This document shows, one piece after another, positions 60,200 through 64,000 of a DNA stretch of 64,000 nt. The position numbers and the translations under genes were made by a program. The notes under the pieces were generated by a model, which was given only the letters and a program-made list of their open reading frames with translations, ran no database searches and was not told where the DNA came from. Position 1 is the first letter of the stretch. Each line of letters opens with the position of its first letter. The stretch is from assembly GCF_009914755.1 (NCBI RefSeq), contig NC_060942.1, one strand, 5' to 3'. Origin of the DNA: the human T2T-CHM13v2.0 reference genome, Homo sapiens.

Positions 60200-60499
60200 C
60201 CTTTCCATAACGTGGTGTATTTGCAGTGTTTCTCTCAGAGGAGGAGTGCCTTTCTGGTGTCATCTGTCCTGTTGGTGGCAGAGTTCTGCTGCTGAATTAA
60301 ACCTTTGTGTCGGCCTTGGCCACTCTTATGGCTCTGCTGGAGGTAAAGCCAGTGGAGTGGCCTTGTGGCATTTGCTCCGAGTTGTTGCTCATTTTTCTGA
60401 GATTATCAGAGGCCTTAGAGGGAAGCATTGAGGATTTCATTATGCTCCGATAACTATCACGTTGTCAATAATATGGTTCTGATAAGAGTGATGGGGGAT

Positions 60500-60690
60500 G
60501 GTGGGGTTTTGTGAGTTGACAGACGTGGGTTTGAGACCCAGCTCTCCAGTCAGAAGCCAGCGCCAGGCCTGTTTCTCTTCTCTGAGTTTTAGTGTCCTCA
60601 GGTGGAGGGGAGGATAATATTAATAACACCTTCCTGATGTGGCTCCACTGGGCTGGCCACGCCATGGGCACCCAGCACGGGGTGGCTGCC
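60500..60690 (+). mobile_element. MIR
   Basis: gacagacgtgggtttgagacccagctct...cttctctgagttttagtgtcctca. Confidence 0.58.
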
Positions 60691-61464
60691 CTGGTTCGTG
60701 TTAACCATCAGCAGGGTTGGAGAGCTCCCTCCTTACTGGTGTTGGAGGTCATTACCTGGCGGGGGATGTGGTAGATAAAGCACCTTTTATTGTCCCTACA
60801 CAAGGCAACTATGGGGTAACACAATATAAGTTATTCAGATTAGAGAAAATATGAACTCTTGCTACAGTGTTACTGCAGACAGGCACATATGGTTTGTTAG
60901 GATGACATTTAAAAAAAGTCATTTTGAGTTACAGAATAAAATCAAACAAAATTCCTTTAATCACCAGGGCTGGGATGGAAATAAGGCAAAATGTTGATTC
61001 CTTTGAAAGACAATTTTTGGGTTTTTTTTGTTTTTTTTAAAAAAACTTTATGTGTTGATGGTTTACTCTGGTCTAGTCGTTCCTACTCCTATTCTGAAAG
61101 CAGGCCTTGAATTCCTGATTGTGTACAGGATTGTGTACAAACAATCAGGAATTCATCATTCATATGAAGAAGTTCTGTTTTTCCCTCTAGTGTCATGAAT
61201 ATTTTCATGTACGTATATGTTATGTGACTAGTGTTAAGAATGCATGTATTATATATGTGCATGCGTCTCATTTACATTGAATGTAGCTAAAAGGAATATT
61301 TGAAAAGTATACCTTGCCTGTCTCCAATTTCTACATTTCAAGTTAAAAATGGGAAATAATCTTAGAATCCATGCCTGTGGTTCATAAGCCTGGCTCAGCT
61401 CTTGCATTCCCAGCTACTGTCTGACGAAACTCACAGGAGCTGTGAAAACAACGCTGTTTTGTGA

Positions 61465-61886
<422 letters not shown>

Positions 61887-62624
61887 CCAAAATTTCTAAT
61901 TGAATTTTAACCTTCCACTTTTAAGTTCTGATCCTGATTTATAAAAACCTATGTAATTTTCTTCAGCTTTCAGAAGGAATGTCTTGTATCTTCCTATGGG
62001 GGTGTTGGGGGAACTGATATTGACAGAGGTCCTCTGACATTTCATAGCCTGGCAAATAGGGTCAAACATGTTCCAGACCTCAGAGGATTGCTGAGGATAG
62101 CTTTCTACTTAAGCTAGATAAAAGAAGTTTTGGGAATCTTACCTTGCACTCTGTTTTGTAGAAACAACTGTGTTTAATATATTTCTCATTACTGGCTGAA
62201 TGACCTGTATGTGTTCAGGAGATCTCTCTATTTACCATTTTAATGCCACATATTTAATGAGCATTCAGGCCCAGACTGTGAAGACTCTGGAAATGAGAAT
62301 TTTGTTTCCTATCTCCTGTGCTGTAACAAAAGCAGCTTAAAAATTGCAGTGTATAGACCTCACCTTTTATCATTTTTTTTCAGATTTTTAAATATTAATA
62401 TTAAGGGTCTTTATCTCAGATGTTTGTTGTTTACCAGGTCATCAGTATCTGGACGCTGGCAGGGTCCTTAGCAATGGAGGGAGGGAGAGGGGGTCCAGCC
62501 TGCATGATTGGATCAGTGTTGAACCTGTCCCACCTGTGGGGAAGAGGCAGCATGCGGAGCAGACAGGTGCCTGCTGCAGGTCAGGAGAGCTGGCCCCAAG
62601 TCCTGACTTGGAGGGAAATGGTAC

Positions 62625-62870
62625 ATATTAATATCCTTTAGTGCCAGGTACTGGCGTAGCTAGTTTATATGCATCACTTGAGCCCCCTTGCATCACTGGC
62701 ATCACTTCAAGATAGACAACAAGGGGAATGCACATCATATCCCTGTTCACTGGCGTTCACTGGTAGGGAAACTGAGGCTTAATAATGTGCCCAGGTACAC
62801 ACAGCTGATAAGTAACCCTGCACCCTCGATCTCACAGCATGACATTGGAATCCACCTCATTAGACAGAGC
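62625..62870 (-). mobile_element. MIR
   Basis: gtgccaggtactg...gggaaactgaggctta...tgcccaggtacacacagctgataagt. Confidence 0.7.
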
Positions 62871-63679
62871 TCAGCTGCCTATTCTGTCAAAAATGTTGAG
62901 TTGTATCAGCTGCAGTGTCTGTAGTATTCCTAGACATTTCTGTGATTCTCATAAGTATCTTTGAAAGGGGGCCATTTAGTTTATTTCTGCATTTCTCCCT
63001 TATCTGCCGAAATGCCCGCAGGCTCTGGGACAAGCTATAAAGCTCTCCGTGTTATGCTGTGTTGCAAACCCAGTGCCAGTAATGATGCAGTGCTATTTAA
63101 AGATAAGAAAGCAAGCTCACAGAGGGAGAGCGCAGCAGGATGTTTATGTTCCAGAAGCATAAACACATGACCTGTGCCCGTCCCGTGTTCTTCGTCCATG
63201 TCCCCAGAGAGGCCGTGGATGGGATGGTGCAAGAAACCCATCAGGAAGCAGAATTAATCCTTCCTGCGGGTGGTCCCTGTGAAGAAGACACAGCGGCCGG
63301 TGGTGTGACAGCCCACAGCTGTCGAAGGAAGGGAGAAGAGAGGGACCGAGGGCCAGCAATAGGGTTTTACAGCTACGTGCTAGGTTGTCTCACATCTAGG
63401 AAAGAGAATGTTCATATTATATAGAAATGGGCATTTTCCCTGTGGCCTGATATGAGGTATCCAGAATATTCCTTTAGGTATTATTAAGTCATAGGTTTCT
63501 GTTTTGATAGAAACAGCAGGTGGTTCAGTTAGTATTTTTGTTGTTGTAATAGTAGCTTAGATCTCTTGTTTTTGTTTTCTTTGGCCAAGACAGAAAACAT
63601 TCTGCCACACACATTACTTCATGACTCTGGTTATATATTGAGAGCAGCATTAAAAAAAAAAAAAAGTCCAATTTAGTCC

Positions 63680-64000
63680 ATTAGGCCATTCTTGCATTGG
63701 TATAAAGAAACACCTGAGACTAGGTAATTTATAAAGAAAAGAAGTTTAATTGGTTCTTGGCTCTGCACGCTGTACTGGATGATACAGGATGCATGATGCT
63801 GACATCTGCTCGGCTACTGGGGAGGCCTCAGGAAGCTTCTAATCATGGTGGAAGATGAAGGGGGAGCAGGCATCTCACGTGGCCAGAGCAGGAGCAAGGG
63901 GTTGGGTCACACACTTTTAAACAACCAGATCTCATGAGAACTCACCATTGCCAGAACAGCACCAAGCCATGAGGGATCCACCCCCATGACCCAAACACTT
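63680..64000 (-). mobile_element. MaLR LTR (MSTA-like), cut by window edge
   Basis: ttaggccattcttgcattg...acctgagactaggtaatttataaagaaaag...cacacttttaaacaaccagatctc...gagggatccacccccatgaccc. Confidence 0.9.

Overview
Primate (human-like) non-coding genomic DNA. I find no supportable protein-coding gene, RNA gene, CRISPR array or prokaryotic system, and I do not recognise the locus. The window holds about 34 Alu copies or fragments (many with readable target-site duplications, TSDs), old L1M, L2, MIR and CR1 relics, nine MaLR (MLT1/MST) loci, several DNA-transposon fossils (MER30, Tigger3a-like, Tigger13a-like, MER5A, MER33, MER3), a ~2.05 kb minisatellite with a 48/52-bp unit (49574-51620) and one strong CTCF motif (41945-41957, minus strand). 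Repeat orientation bias suggests a large intron of a + strand gene (inference). The most unusual signal, not explained by repeat annotation, is a series of at least six short (35-244 bp) locally templated copies whose donor lies about 1.1-1.7 kb away. Four of them visibly interrupt older transposons, and several carry fold-back or re-primed junctions. There are also two isolated fold-back scars and a 169-bp tandem duplication. This resembles fossilised templated-insertion repair (Pol theta end joining or template switching), a known mechanism; whether its density here is unusual needs a computed control. Repeat family names come from recalled consensus sequences and were not confirmed by a search; boundaries of old repeats are approximate.
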